Of a stretch of DNA of 64,000 nt, positions 43,693 to 61,395 are shown piece after piece. Position 1 is the first letter of the stretch. Each line of letters opens with the position of its first letter. The notes under the pieces are model-generated. The model ran no database searches. It had not been told where the DNA came from and was given only the letters and a program-made list of their open reading frames with translations. Source of the DNA: Octopus vulgaris (Eukaryota); NCBI GenBank assembly GCA_951406725.2, contig OX597825.1:65906001-65970000 (forward strand). The letters are read 5' to 3'. A program made the position numbers and the translations under genes.

Positions 43693-44085
43693 CTAGCAGT
43701 ATCGCCCGGCGTTGCTCGGGTTTGTTTCGACCCTTTAGTATTGGAATTTTGAAAAGCAAAAATTTTGCATTATGTAGCTTGTTATTCTCTTTAAGTGAAC
43801 ATTTTTTTCTGGTTGAAAGACACCAAAAAATGGCGACACAGCAGTCAAAAAATCGTAAAAAAATGGGGATTTTCATAGAAAAAAAAGCATGTTTTTAATG
43901 TAAATAATTTTTGGTGTTAACATGGTCCGATTTAAATTTAATCTTCTACGGAATGAAGAGCAAGCTATCTTCTATCATACTCTCAATTTTGGTCAACTTG
44001 CGCCGCAGGGTCTCGGAAGAGATAGTGTTAGTTGAAGGCTGCCAAACCTGCCACACACAGACAACTTCAGCTTTATATATATAGA
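43693..44085 (-). mobile_element. Non-autonomous Helitron
   Basis: Minus strand: A|TCTATATATATAAAG...CCCG-AGCAACGC-CGGG hairpin...CTAG|T. Canonical TC/CTAG ends, AT target, no TSD. Confidence 0.9.
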
Positions 44086-44383
44086 TAAGGGGGTACATGT
44101 CAAAGTAACAATCTGGAAAAGCTAGGGTTTTCAGAGAGAAAAAACCTACCAGCTAACACGCACTCTACAGATACAATTGCTAAGCGGAACATTAAAAATT
44201 TGGAAGTCTTTCCCAAGTTCAAAATGTGACATTGAGTTTTTTTGTCTATTTTTTTATCTATGCTCCAAAAATGGAGCTTTGTATCTTTGTTAGAAACGAA
44301 CTCTTTCTTTACAGGAAACTTGAAAATTAAAAGTAGAAAATAACATTCGTATGTGCATGCATACATATCAGTATGCATATATA

Positions 44384-44953
44384 CACAGGTATGCAGGAAG
44401 TAAATAGACACCTTTAATTTTCTAAATTTCTGTTCTAAGCGTCTTAATATGCTTTCAGCGGTGTAGAATTTACAATGTAATTATTATTTTTCATTCCAGG
44501 TGCCGTTATATTAAACATTTGCGAAGAGTAACCATGCCACGCACAAAAAATTTAGTACAACTGTCAGATTTTCAAAGAGATCGTATTATTGGGCAATTTA
44601 AGGCTGGTCTTAGCCAGTGAAAAATTGCCGAAAATCTTCAAATTCCTCCTGCTACTGTTAATAGAATAGTGCAATTCAAAATCCAAGGAAAGGAATCAAC
44701 AGATTCTCGTCCCGGCCGACCTGGACCCTCGGAAAGGAAGCTTCGCTGTTTGAAGAGAATTGTGGAAAACGAACCCCGTTCGAAGGCTTCTGACATTGCA
44801 AAACAGCTAGAGGTTAGTCCAAGAACGTGTGTTACATATCTGCATAAGCTGGGTGATATGGACGAGCAGCTAGAAGAAAACCCTTCAACCAATTAATATC
44901 AAATAAAAGATTTTGAAAATTAAACGTGTCTATTTACTTCCTGCATGTCTGTG
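44384..44953 (+). mobile_element. Internally deleted Tc1 element (TIRs + paired-like HTH)
   Basis: TIRs CACAGGTATGCAGGAAGTAAATAGACAC / GTGTCTATTTACTTCCTGCATGTCTGTG with TA flanks; MPRTKNLVQLSDFQRDRIIG...RPGRP...KRIVENEPRSKASDIAKQL from ATG 44534. Confidence 0.9.
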
Positions 44954-45240
44954 TATATATACATGCGAACCCAATAAGGTTCGAAAACCGATTAAGATTG
45001 TTCATCGCATTTCAGTCTGCGGAGAAATGGCTAAAATAAGCCCTGTTTATACCATATGTTGCGTATATATTATTTCATACCTTGATAATGTGTGGACTAA
45101 GATCCCCATTGACAGACCGCTGAAATTATAGTGTTAAACACTTTCGGTATGCAAATTAGGGGCCCCTTCATAGAGTGAATGCTGCATTTGTTGAGTATAT
45201 AAAGAATTTGCTTCTCTGGGGATTGTCAAAATGATGTAGA

Positions 45241-45286
45241 CGCCTCTGATGAGAACCAACTAAGATTCGAAAATCGATTAAAGTTG
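45241..45286 (+). ncRNA. Minimal type I hammerhead; second copy of a 286-nt tandem unit
   Basis: CTGATGA|GAA-ccaactaaga-TTC|GAA|AATCGATT|A; weak stem I. 5'-truncated sister GAACC-caataa-GGTTC|GAAAACCGATTA at 44967-44994. Confidence 0.7.
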
Positions 45287-45372
45287 TTCATCATTCTTTT
45301 TCAGTCTGCAGAGAAATGGGTAAGATTTACTCCTTTTATAATTATACCATATGTTATGTATATATATGTATG

Positions 45373-45504
<132 letters not shown>

Positions 45505-45600
45505 CAAAAATGGTAAGATAACAAAAGAAAGAAAGAGACCTCAATATTATGTAAATAGAGGAAATTCATCTATAAAATAATATGTTACATTTACTCAATA

Positions 45601-45670
45601 GCCAAGATAAAACTCTGAGTCTCAGATGCCGAAGTGTAAATCCACAACACCATCTGTTCGGTTATCTGGC
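45601..45670 (-). ncRNA. Degenerate hammerhead remnant
   Basis: GATAA|CCGAACA|GATG...CATCt|GAG|ACTcagAGT|T|TTATC: stems preserved, three core substitutions. Confidence 0.4.
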
Positions 45671-45685
45671 CATCTATATATATAC

Positions 45686-45745
<60 letters not shown>

Positions 45746-45878
45746 AAAATAGTAAAGTGTGAAAAAACGACAGAAGGCTTAAATGTTAAAAAATATATAT
45801 ATTTGTGTCAAAATGTCTGGAGAATATTGGAAAAATTTTTTTTCCTTTCCTTAAAATGACATAATTTTAAAATTTTTA

Positions 45879-45918
45879 AAGAAATTACCGGTTTCGCGTG
45901 TAGCTTTTCAAATTTCTT
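45879..45918 (-). ncRNA. Complete minimal hammerhead ribozyme with U3:A8 covariant core
   Basis: AAGAAAT|TTGAAAA|GC-tacac-GC|GAA|ACCGGT|A|ATTTCTT: 7-bp stem I, palindromic stem III, GUA triplet, sense to the PLE ORF. Confidence 0.85.
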
Positions 45919-46054
45919 GTGACGTTATGTTTATATTGCATGGAGTTATCGTTGTTTTTATTTCCAGGAGATTTCTAAATAAGGGGAGGTAGTGAGTGAT
46001 TTCTTCCGGTGTAAGGGAGATAATCGCTTAAAAATTTTTTTCCCCTTTTCCTTG

Positions 46055-47097
46055 TTAATTTCTCTGTGTCAGTATGTTCGGATGGTTGAGTCTGGGTTTG
46101 TACTTTTCAATGAAGAATGTTTCCTTGTTCAGTCTCATTTGTGTTGATGATCCGAAAGCACATTGGTAAAATGGGAAGATTAAAAATTGTGGCAGTAGTT
46201 GCTTTGCGCATTTCTCAATGTGCTCACTAAAAGGTATCATTCTATATTCTGGGAATGCAATCTGTTGTCGATGCAGTGTGCATCTACGCCTGAGTGATAG
46301 TCCCGTGGAACCCACGTAGTCTTGGTGGCAGCCCGAGCATTTAATAACATAAATTATGTTTTCAGAGGCACAAGTAAAGTTAGATTTGATCTTAAATTTC
46401 TGTCCCTCTTTAAAGAAGAATTCTGATCCTTCCAATAGGTTAGGACATGTTGCACAGTTCGATCTACCACATTTTTTTACTTTTGCATCCGTAATTTTAG
46501 AAGACAATTTTGCCTTTGTGAGAATCTTTTTAAGTGATTTAGGCTGTTTGTAGCTTTTAATGATTTGGTGTATGTTTAGAATTTCCTTTAATTTTGGGTT
46601 TTTATGAAGTATTGGTAAATTCTGGGTGATGATGGTGAAGGCTTCTTTGTTTCTGGGGTTGTATGTAGATATGTAAGGTAGTATTTTCGGGGAAGGTGTG
46701 TTGTTGTGTTGAACTTTTCTTAAAGTTTCTATGTTGATTTCTGTTGCACGTCTGATCCCATCCTCTATGAGTTGAGCTGGGTAATGTCTGTCAATTAGGG
46801 TGTTTTTGAGTTCTTGCAGTCTAAAGTTCCTGGTATTTTGTTCTGACACTATTGTGCATATCCTTCTTGCAAGGTTGAAGGGGATGTTTGTTTTAGTGTG
46901 TCTTGGGTGGCATGAATTAAAAAGAAGGTATTGTTTGGCGTCTGTGGCTTTGTAAAAAATGTCTGTTTCTATTTTAAGGTTAATTTTTTTAATTAGTATA
47001 TCCAAGAACGGGAGCTCCTTTTGGTTGTATTCCATTGTGAACTGTATATTTGGGTTTATGCTGTTCAATAGGTTTTTAAATTTTAGGAGTTTATCTA
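46055..47097 (-). CDS. Penelope-like RT (C-terminal part) + Cys linker + GIY-YIG endonuclease, 5'-truncated
   Basis: LNSINPNIQFTME..LPFLDI..YKAT..QYL.F.SCHP; KCGRSNCATC linker; NIIYVIKCSGCHQDYVGST..LRRR...H. About 345 codons with no stop; the track's start codon lies in (TA)n. Confidence 0.9.
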
Positions 47098-47373
47098 TGT
47101 ATATATATATATACATATATATATATACATATATATATAGCCATATTCACACATATACATGTGTTTATATAAATATATTTACATTTGTGTGTATGTATAT
47201 ATATATATAGATATATACACACAGTTACATATATGTGTGTATGTGTATTTATGGATATGTGTATGTTTTTTTGTGTATTTTGTGTGCTTACACGTGTATG
47301 CCTTTTGAGTTTATGCTTGTGTGTATGCGTATGCGTGTTTCTATCTATGTGTCCACACGTGTCAATACACGTG

Positions 47374-47413
<40 letters not shown>

Positions 47414-47560
47414 AGAGAGCATCCGTATGTGAGTGCATTTGTCAATGTATGAATGTAAGTTTATGTGTGTGTATGTGTGTTTGACTATGAGAGAGCGTGT
47501 GGCGTACATCCGTACGTGAGTGCATATGTCAATGCATGAATGTAAGTCTATGCGTATCAG

Positions 47561-47602
<42 letters not shown>

Positions 47603-48046
47603 GATGTATGTATGTGTTTGCGTATCGAGATGCGAATGGATAATGAATAAGGACGTGTAAGATTCGCGCAGTTTCTAAAAAGGAAGTGAATCTAATAAAA
47701 CAATAGTAGAAATCCTATCCTCTGATTCTTCATTGCCTCCTTTGACAGTTCGTCTACTATATAATTAACTGCAGTTGTCAGTGATGATCTGTTTGCAAAT
47801 TGCAGTTTATTGTGACTGCTAATATTATTACTGGTGTTGTTGTTGTAGTTGTAGTTGTTGTTGTTTTTAATAGTTTTGTTTTTATTGGTCTTGTTTTACG
47901 ACGGTTTGGGTGTTTTTTCTTTGTTTTGTTTTTGTTTTTGTTTTTTTCAATGTTTGTTTTTGTTTTATTGTTTCACTTGCTCCTATGCTTCCAGTAATGT
48001 TGTGATGGATACGTAGACACTAACAAATGCATTAGCCACACATGCG

Positions 48047-48104
<58 letters not shown>

Positions 48105-48337
48105 CATATGTGTCAGTGCATGTGTGTATATATATATACACATACACATACACACACACACACCATATATATACATATATATATATACCTATATGTGTGC
48201 GTGTATTTCCATTTGTATGTATATATATATGTATATATACATATATATCTATATATGTGTGTGTATATATGTATATATTCATATATACATATATATATTT
48301 GTGAGAGTGTGTATTTCCATTGTCTATGTATATATAT

Positions 48338-48427
<90 letters not shown>

Positions 48428-49414
48428 CATACATACATACATATATATATATTTGTTAGAGTGTGTATTTCCATTGTCTGTGTGTATATAAAAAGATTTG
48501 GTTGTTCTCTCGTTGTGTTTAGTCTTAAGAGAAGACATGAACACAGCTAGATTAATTAATGATATGCTGTAGTTGATTAGATGAAATAAGTATCATTTTT
48601 GTACGGCCTCCAGCCGAGCTAACTTCAATCTTATTTCTTCCTTGCTGACATGAATGCTAATTAAAAAATACGAAACTAAAATTATATATATATATATATA
48701 TATATAATTGTTTTGCTGTTGTAGTTGTTTGTTCTTGTTTTTTCTCGTATGTACATATATAAAAAAAATAATAACAAGACGACAACTTTGCGCTGTTTTA
48801 AAGAGAATGAATGAATAGAAGTATGTCACGTCAGCTTCATGCTTGTCTCGAGGGCATTAGTGACGTATGTGAAGTGAAAGAGCAACAAGCAAGTGAATCC
48901 AGTATAATTTGCATAATTACAAAATGTGCGATAAAGGAAATAAGTCCAGTGGGCATGAGTTTAAATAGTAGCTGGCAATGTACTGGATGACGTAGATACA
49001 CATGCAAAAATATTAAGGCGCTATTCAGTTCTTAAAAATATTGAACATGCATCATTCGGTACATCGTCCCCCGCTTGAAAAACACAAATTTACATTTGAG
49101 TTATTTCCCTTTAGTGCACGTTAATGTAACTGTGCGAATCATATTAAATGAAATAAAACTAAATACATTTTCTACTTGTAAAAAATATACATTTTCTATT
49201 TACAAAAATCTACAAAACACAACAGATTTGACCAGTCTATGCTTCACTAATGAGATCTAATAAGATGGAAACATGCCGATAGCTGTCACCTTCCCTGCTA
49301 TCAAAGATCATGCTACGGAGTTGCAGCGCTAAGCAGTGATGTACAAAACACAACAGCTTTGACCAGTCTAGTATTCAAGTACCTTATTTCACATTTATGT
49401 GCTTACTTGGGTGC

Positions 49415-49538
<124 letters not shown>

Positions 49539-50072
49539 CTATATTTCTATCTATCGACCTATCTGCTTCTCTGATAATCTATCTAGCCAGCTAGCTAGCT
49601 ATCTGTCCACCATTTTATATGTATATTGTCCGCCATTTATATGTATATGTATCCATATATTTTCATCTCTGTCTATGTCTTTTTTCTTTCTTTCCAAATA
49701 TTTTGTTATTGTATTTTATCTTTAAAAAATTATTAATATGTTCCAATATTCTCTTCTTGGAATCATTTTTTCTATTCAACTCCGTCATCACGCAGCTTAT
49801 TATTGTTGTCTTGAACAAAGCTAAAAAAAAAACAATAATCTCTAAGATATTTTATGCTATCTCTTTCTTCCTCTCCATCTCTCTTCTCTCTCCTTTCTCT
49901 TTCTCTTTCTCCCTCTTTTCATTCTCTTTCCATCTTTTCTCATCATCTTTTAATATATACAATACAAGATAGTATTATATGTGATTCGTGAAGTGTTGTC
50001 TTAATCAAAGGTGAGTAAGATTCAAGATGTTATGTGCGAATGCAAGTACTACGTTTGAATCAAAATACCTTT

Positions 50073-50106
<34 letters not shown>

Positions 50107-50434
50107 GGGGAGAGAGATTTATATAATGAATATAAGTAGAAGTAATTTGCACGAAGGTTTACGCGCGTGTGCGAGTAAATGTGCAAACGCGCGCGTGTAT
50201 TCTTGACGTCTGATTTATAAACTCCTCAAGGAAGAACGAAAAATTATTCTTTTTTGGGAACGGTGAATCTCGAAGCAAATAGAGCTATATAGTAGCGTGT
50301 AAATGTTGGGCTAAAAATCTTGTTGGATAGAAAAAGTCAACTTGTAATATGCTTCCAGATTCCAAGAAGAATTATATGTATCTATCTATATATATATAAA
50401 TGGAGTTTATACGCAGGTATAATTCAAATACTTT

Positions 50435-50523
50435 ACTTCCACACATGTTTCTTCGAAGATATCACTGATATTATTCCAAAGGAATAAATGGTGTAAAACA
50501 ATGTAATCTTCTCTTCAGGAAGT
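50435..50523 (-). ncRNA. Type I hammerhead motif with long stem II (probably inactivated)
   Basis: ACTTC|CTGAAGA|GAAGAT...ATCTTC|GAAgaa|ACATGTGT|G|GAAGT: GAA duplicated and G at position 17. Confidence 0.6.
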
Positions 50524-50649
50524 TAAGAAATGAAACTCTACCTTAAAAGAAGGAATTACAACCTCTTTACTTGTGTGATTTTTTGCTACCCTGGTAACTA
50601 TTTATCTATTTTTTTTCCCGTGTTAGTTGTTAACAAGGAAAATACACTC

Positions 50650-50725
<76 letters not shown>

Positions 50726-50961
50726 GATATATACTCTCCCTTTATTTTTCTAAAATGTTCTTCCATCTATTCTGTAGACGAGGACAGAACAGTACTGGAG
50801 GAGTTATTTTCGTCACGGATAAGTTAATTTTGGAAGAGGGGGCAGACCGAAGAACTACTGGTCTCAGGCCAACATGTCTTCGAGTCTGAAAATACGCCAT
50901 AAAGTTAAGCCCTCATGGACAGGAAACCCACGGTATCCCCTAAACCGGCCTTTGCCAGGGG

Positions 50962-51011
<50 letters not shown>

Positions 51012-51014
51012 CAT

Positions 51015-54437
<3,423 letters not shown>

Positions 54438-54661
54438 TATTACAACAGATTTAAGATGCTGAGTACTCATCAGCCAATTATAGAGGTTTTCCATTAATAC
54501 AAAAATTTTCAAATCAAGTGGCAACATTATAGAGAAAGTAGATATACAGACAAAGATGTGGATTTAAATTTTAAGAACATATGAAGTAGTGAAGTCCTTC
54601 CACTGACTGATATGTGTGTGTGTGTGTGTATGCATGCATGCATATATATGTGTGTGTGTGT

Positions 54662-54822
54662 GAGTATGGCTGTGTGGTAAGAAGCTTGCTTCCCAACCAC
54701 ATTGTTCCAGATTCAGTCCTACTGCGAAACACCTTGCTCAAGCGTCTTCTACTGTAGCCTCGGGCTGACCAAAGCCTTATGAGTGGATTTGGTAGACGGA
54801 AACTGTAAGAAGCCCTTCGCAT

Positions 54823-54897
<75 letters not shown>

Positions 54898-55090
54898 CTT
54901 GTATCTGTGTTTGTCCCGCCAAAATCCCTTCATAACCTGTATCAGTGTATTTTAGTTCACGTAACCTAGCGGTTCAGTATAAGTACCGGGCTTACAAAGA
55001 AAAGTTCCGAGGCCGATTTCCTCGACTAAGGTAGTGCTCCAGCATGGCCGAAGTAAAATGACTGAAACAAATAAAAGAAAAACGAAAAAA
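54662..55090 (+). mobile_element. CORE-type SINE with (GATA)n centre
   Basis: Family head, body and tail. Confidence 0.85.
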
Positions 55091-55345
55091 GAATATATAT
55101 ATATAGATATATATATATAAATATATGTGTGTGTACATATATATATATGTATATGTGTATATAGATATGTATATCTATATATGTATATGTGTGTGTTATG
55201 CTTGTATGGCTGGATGGATGTATATATATATATGAATGCATATCTATAAAAATGTATACAAATATGCTTGTGTATGTAACCTTTCGACGTTTGTGCATGA
55301 AAGCACATATAAAAATACTCACAGGCACGCATATAAATATTTATA

Positions 55346-55420
<75 letters not shown>

Positions 55421-55768
55421 GCATAAATACATGTGTATACACTAACTTCGATACTACATACATTATAAATGAGTAACCGACAAAGAATAATTAATTATTT
55501 AACCGTCGATGGAAAGGTTAAAAGATGAATCGAAGCTTTTTCGAATGTCAAAATTATCGAAGCGCGTAAAGTCGTAAAGTGATATCAGAAAACTCATGTA
55601 AAAATATGGAAACAAATATTTATTCTGCTGCTAATATTTTTCCCATCATCCATCACGAACACCCCGCCATCTACATCTTCACCTTCACCTTCGCCACTAA
55701 ATTCATCTGTTTTTCGGCATGTGTAGTCTTGCAATGCTAAAGATGATAGATGCGTGGAAGATTTTATG

Positions 55769-55822
<54 letters not shown>

Positions 55823-55894
55823 CATATTTATATATATATACATACATACATGCATTTGTGTATATATATATATATGTGTATATATATATTTGAC

Positions 55895-55956
<62 letters not shown>

Positions 55957-56002
55957 CATATATTATCTATATATATATTTATATATACACACATACGTAC
56001 AT

Positions 56003-56049
<47 letters not shown>

Positions 56050-56236
56050 CATGTTTGTGTGTGTGTAATATGTATGTGTGTATGTATGTATATATGTGCA
56101 TGTACACATCTCATGCATAAGCACGCATATTGTAAACGAGTGTATATGTATAAGTGTATATACATATATACCTATATAAATACATGTGTATACATACATA
56201 TATATATATATGTGTGTATTTATGTATGTATGTATG

Positions 56237-56303
<67 letters not shown>

Positions 56304-56618
56304 ACGTATAAAGAGAGAGAGAGGGGTGGGGAGAGAAAGAGACAGAGATAAAGAGGTGACGAGATATAGAGAGAAAAAGAATGAGGGAAATAGAGGCAGA
56401 AACAAAGAGAGTGAGCTGCATGCCAACATATGCCTAAGTCTTTGTGTGTGCGAGAGAGTAAGCGAAGGAGAGTGAAAAAAATATGCTTGCTAAGATATTA
56501 TATATATGTGTGTATATGTAATGGGGGGGGGGCAGTGTTTTAAAAAAAAAATCAGCACGCATAGATGGAGAAAAATATAAAGTGAAAGTATTGTTAGAAA
56601 CACATTCACTCACAGAAA

Positions 56619-56678
<60 letters not shown>

Positions 56679-56964
56679 GTACACACATTCACACATACAC
56701 ACATACACGCAAACATGCCGAGAGAGAGAAACTGTAAATATTAAATAAACATAAGAAGAATTCAGGAACAAATATTTCAAGATTATATCAAAGCGTTTTA
56801 TGTGTTATACGTAAATGTTTGGTAAATTGGTTTTCATTCAAACGGGTGAGGAGAGGTCAAGTTATGACAATACCTTGAAAATACATAAATAAATTACAAA
56901 GATATATATATATATGTATATATATGTATGCACGTATGTATGCACGTATGTTTGTATGAGCGTT

Positions 56965-57069
<105 letters not shown>

Positions 57070-57193
57070 TATGTATGTATGTATATATTTATATTCACAG
57101 AAGGGGAGGGAGAGATTTATGAATGTATAAAACATACATATGCGTATTTATGTGTAAATATTTATATGTATATACATATATACATATATATAC

Positions 57194-57231
<38 letters not shown>

Positions 57232-57233
57232 CA

Positions 57234-57302
<69 letters not shown>

Positions 57303-57831
57303 TTTATATATATATGTATATATATATGTATATATCATGCAATATGGCGATATATATATGCATATATCTATGCATATATACATATATATTATTCTATTTC
57401 ATAACCATATGTAGATTTGTATTTACACACATACACACACATACGCACACACACACACATACACACACATATATATTTTTGTATGTATGTATGTATGTAT
57501 GTATATATGTATGTACGTATGTATGGATACAGAGAGACATAAAGAGGAAGCGCGTGGGATGTTAGAGGGCACGAAAAGAGAGAAAGCACGAAGATATATA
57601 TAACAACTTTGATGATAAAAATCTTTCTTTTGAAACAGCGATATTCCATCAAAAATGTGGAAGTAGGTCATGACCTTAACAAATGGTCGAATGGGTAGCT
57701 TCTATGCAATAGAGGTAATATGTATTTGCGGAAAGACTTTGCATTTTACTGTAGTATGAGGTTTATGGTCTCTTTAGTGAAGAACATGTAATGAATGGCA
57801 TACATATATATATAAAGATATACATACGTAC

Positions 57832-57879
<48 letters not shown>

Positions 57880-57935
57880 GATATATGTTTGTATGTGTGC
57901 GTATATATATATGTGTGTGTGTATGTGTTTGTATA

Positions 57936-57985
<50 letters not shown>

Positions 57986-58020
57986 AATACATATACATAT
58001 ATATATATACATATATACAT

Positions 58021-58082
<62 letters not shown>

Positions 58083-59127
58083 GTGTGTGTGCATGTGTGT
58101 GTATGTATGTATATATACACATGCATATATATATATATATATAGGTCGTGCTTTTTTGATCTTCTGCTGGTATACTAACACAGTATAACAAACATTATGT
58201 GTGCTAATATTTGTACTACCACCCTCACCCCACCCCGTTCTTTGAATTCACTGTAAATCAATTGAAAGTACTAAACTGCTACGTGGCAACGAAAGACCTT
58301 CTACGAGCCAGCGAGTGAGTTTCCACTTTGTGAGAAACAGCAGTCAAATCTCACTTACATATAGTTTAATGGTTTTCTTTTTTATGACGAGGTTTAAATA
58401 TTTGTGTCTAAAACATATAACCATAACGTTGGTTAAAGTCTTAATCTCATTAACCCTGCCGTGCCGATGCTTCACTTAATTCGCACGCATGGTCAACACT
58501 GCACCAATAAAGTATATACTGTCTGGCCTATACTAATAACGTTTGAATAAGCCCTTTGTAGTGATTATGTACCTTCTTTCAACAACAAGGGACGAGTAAG
58601 TGAATCCTGACGATGGCTTTAACGAAACGAATCAAAATTGATTTGTTTGTTTTCGTTCTTTGATTGATGATACATTTAAACACGATACATGTTTAAACAT
58701 GAGGGATATTTTCGCTCTACAGTTAAAAACATTTTCAGTAAGCGTTTGATTGTAACAATCGTTTCAGTTCTATTCCCATAAAATTTTGAGTCCATGCATG
58801 TATGTGTGTGTGTGTGTGTGTGTGTGTACATGGATATATGTATATGTGTGTGTGTGTATGGAATATATGTATAGGTATCGTCTTTTATTTGTGTTAATCA
58901 TTTAGCTGAGGGGTTTAGCCGAACGTAGGAACTGACTCTAGTACTTATTTTCTTCTCTTTTTTTAAGTCTGGTACTTATTCTGTCGGTGTCATTAAGCTA
59001 GTCATAACTTGCTTGAAGACCCTGTGCACAGACAAAACTCAGAATAGCAAGAGACTGATTCGATCAAAATGTATTATGTTCTACAATAGTACTGAGCACT
59101 GCGTTTTCGACAACCAACACGAAATTA

Positions 59128-59181
<54 letters not shown>

Positions 59182-59184
<3 letters not shown>

Positions 59185-59717
59185 GGTGTCCCCAAAAAAT
59201 GTATACACATTGAACAGGAAGAGTTTTGAACAGGCTTTGAACAAGACTTTGAACAGGAAGTGTTTTATTTCCAGCAAGATGGGGCACCTCCACACTACCA
59301 TCGCGATGTTAGATCCTTTCTTGATGGGATCTTGCCAAACAGGTGGATTGGACGGAGAGGTTTTGTCGAATACCCTCCACGTTCACCAGACCTCACACCA
59401 CTAGACTTCTTTTTATGGGGATACCTAAAGGACAAAGTCTACGCACAGAAACCTGCAACAGTCGTTCAATTGAGGACAACCATTGAACATGAATGTACGA
59501 ATATCCCAAGGGAATTGTTCCATGATGTGTGCCATTCCATCGCTTCGCGTTGTCAGCAGTGTCTGGAGCAGAACGGACATCAGTTTGAGAACATGCGATA
59601 ACAAGACAATAGAATGATATTTGTAAATTCTTTTACATGTTGAAAATTATTCGAATTATAATAAACCCCAAATTTACAATTATTTAAGGTGTGTATACAT
59701 TTTTTTGGGACACCCTG
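59182..59717 (+). mobile_element. Internally deleted DD41D (rosa/VS-type) Tc1/mariner element
   Basis: TIRs CAGGGTGTCCCCAAAAAATGTATACACA / GTGTATACATTTTTTTGGGACACCCTG in (TA)n. ORF 59260-59601 FQQDGAPPH...PPRSPDLTPLDFFLWG; 41 residues counted between the 2nd and 3rd catalytic D. Confidence 0.92.
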
Positions 59718-60119
59718 TATATATATATATATATATATATATAAATGCATTTTCCAACAGATTTTGCAATCACGTGAAAGCTCCCCCGTGGTTAGTTTTG
59801 CGCATGCGTTCGTGTGTGTATGCGGGCTCCTAACATTATCCGTGCTTGTGTTCTTTTGTGTGCTTATCTGTGCGTAAGACTATTTCCCTGAGTGTGTGGG
59901 AGAGAGAGAAGGAGAGTAGTAAGAGAGAGAGGGGAGTAAGAGAGAGAAAGAGAGAGAGGAATCCCATGTACCTTTGTGTATGTTTGCGCATGTGTACATG
60001 AATATATATATATATGTGTGTGTATGTGTATGTGAGAGACAGAGGGCGGAGAGAGAGATACTATGTGTACTTTTGTATACGGTTTGCACATGTATGCATG
60101 GATATGCGTTTGTGTGTGT

Positions 60120-60180
<61 letters not shown>

Positions 60181-60704
60181 TGTGCAAGTGCGTGTATCTA
60201 CGTGTGTTAAACGATAAAACCAGAAAAGGAAAAAAAATAAAAACAAGGAAATGCAGAAAGTCGCCATCCTTAAGAACGACAATAATTTCGCTTTCGCTTT
60301 TTATCAATTCGTTAATCTCAATAGTATATATACTCCCTGGAGTATAAACAAATATTACTCTAACAATCTATTGGATCTAAATAGAGAAATCTAACAAGAA
60401 GAGCGTCAGGCAATATAAGGAATGTTGGAATTCCTTTATGAATAAACTAACTTTCACCATATCAGATATGGATTCGTATTTCACAATTGTAATAATAATG
60501 GAATAGTGGGATGACGGGATGAAGGGATGACGGGATGATGGAGTGGTGGGATGGTAGAATGGTAGAATAATGTAGTGTGATAAATGCCATGTTGGAATAA
60601 TAGTATAGTGGGCTGACGGTATGGAGAAAAAGAATTATGGAATGACGGGCATAAAGATATATATCTTTCTATATGTCTGTTTCTGTGTGTGGGTGAGTGT
60701 GTGT

Positions 60705-60782
<78 letters not shown>

Positions 60783-60848
60783 GTGTGTGTGTGTGATAGA
60801 TAGATAGATAGATAGATAAATAACCACGTGTTTCCATATATATATATA

Positions 60849-60896
<48 letters not shown>

Positions 60897-60901
60897 CATA
60901 C

Positions 60902-61004
<103 letters not shown>

Positions 61005-61395
61005 CATATGTAAGTGTGTGTGTGCATGTGTATGTGTGGGCATGCATATATATATAAATATATATAATTATATATGTTTATATAAACACTCTCTATGTCT
61101 GTGTATGTGTGTATGTATGTTCATATGTGTGTGTGTGTATGTATGTATGTATGTATATATGTATGTATGTATAAATATAGGGCATTAGTTCATTGCTCAT
61201 TGAACTAATCCTCGGTGATACTGGTGACGGGGACCGTAAAATTAAGCGCATTCATCGCTGAATGATTTTGAACTCACAACCTGTGCGCTGGGAGCCTTAA
61301 ATCATTTCTCATCTTTCCTGTAATCTGTACTACTCTCCGTTTCTCCTCTTTTTTCCCTCTTTGTCTTTATATGTATGTGTGTGTGTGTGTGTGTG

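Larger units (their letters stand above)
45742..47097 (-). mobile_element. 5'-truncated Penelope-like element (Neptune type) with 3' pseudo-LTR, flanked by (TA)n
   Basis: RT thumb + GIY-YIG ORF, downstream HHR, both ends in TA microsatellite. Confidence 0.92.

Noticed and set aside
55594-55760. Acidic or Ser/Pro-rich peptide as a possible exon
   Set aside because: Low complexity, no domain, ORF start lies in microsatellite.
58604-58635. CTGACGA...GAAAC motif
   Set aside because: Stems I, II and III do not pair convincingly.
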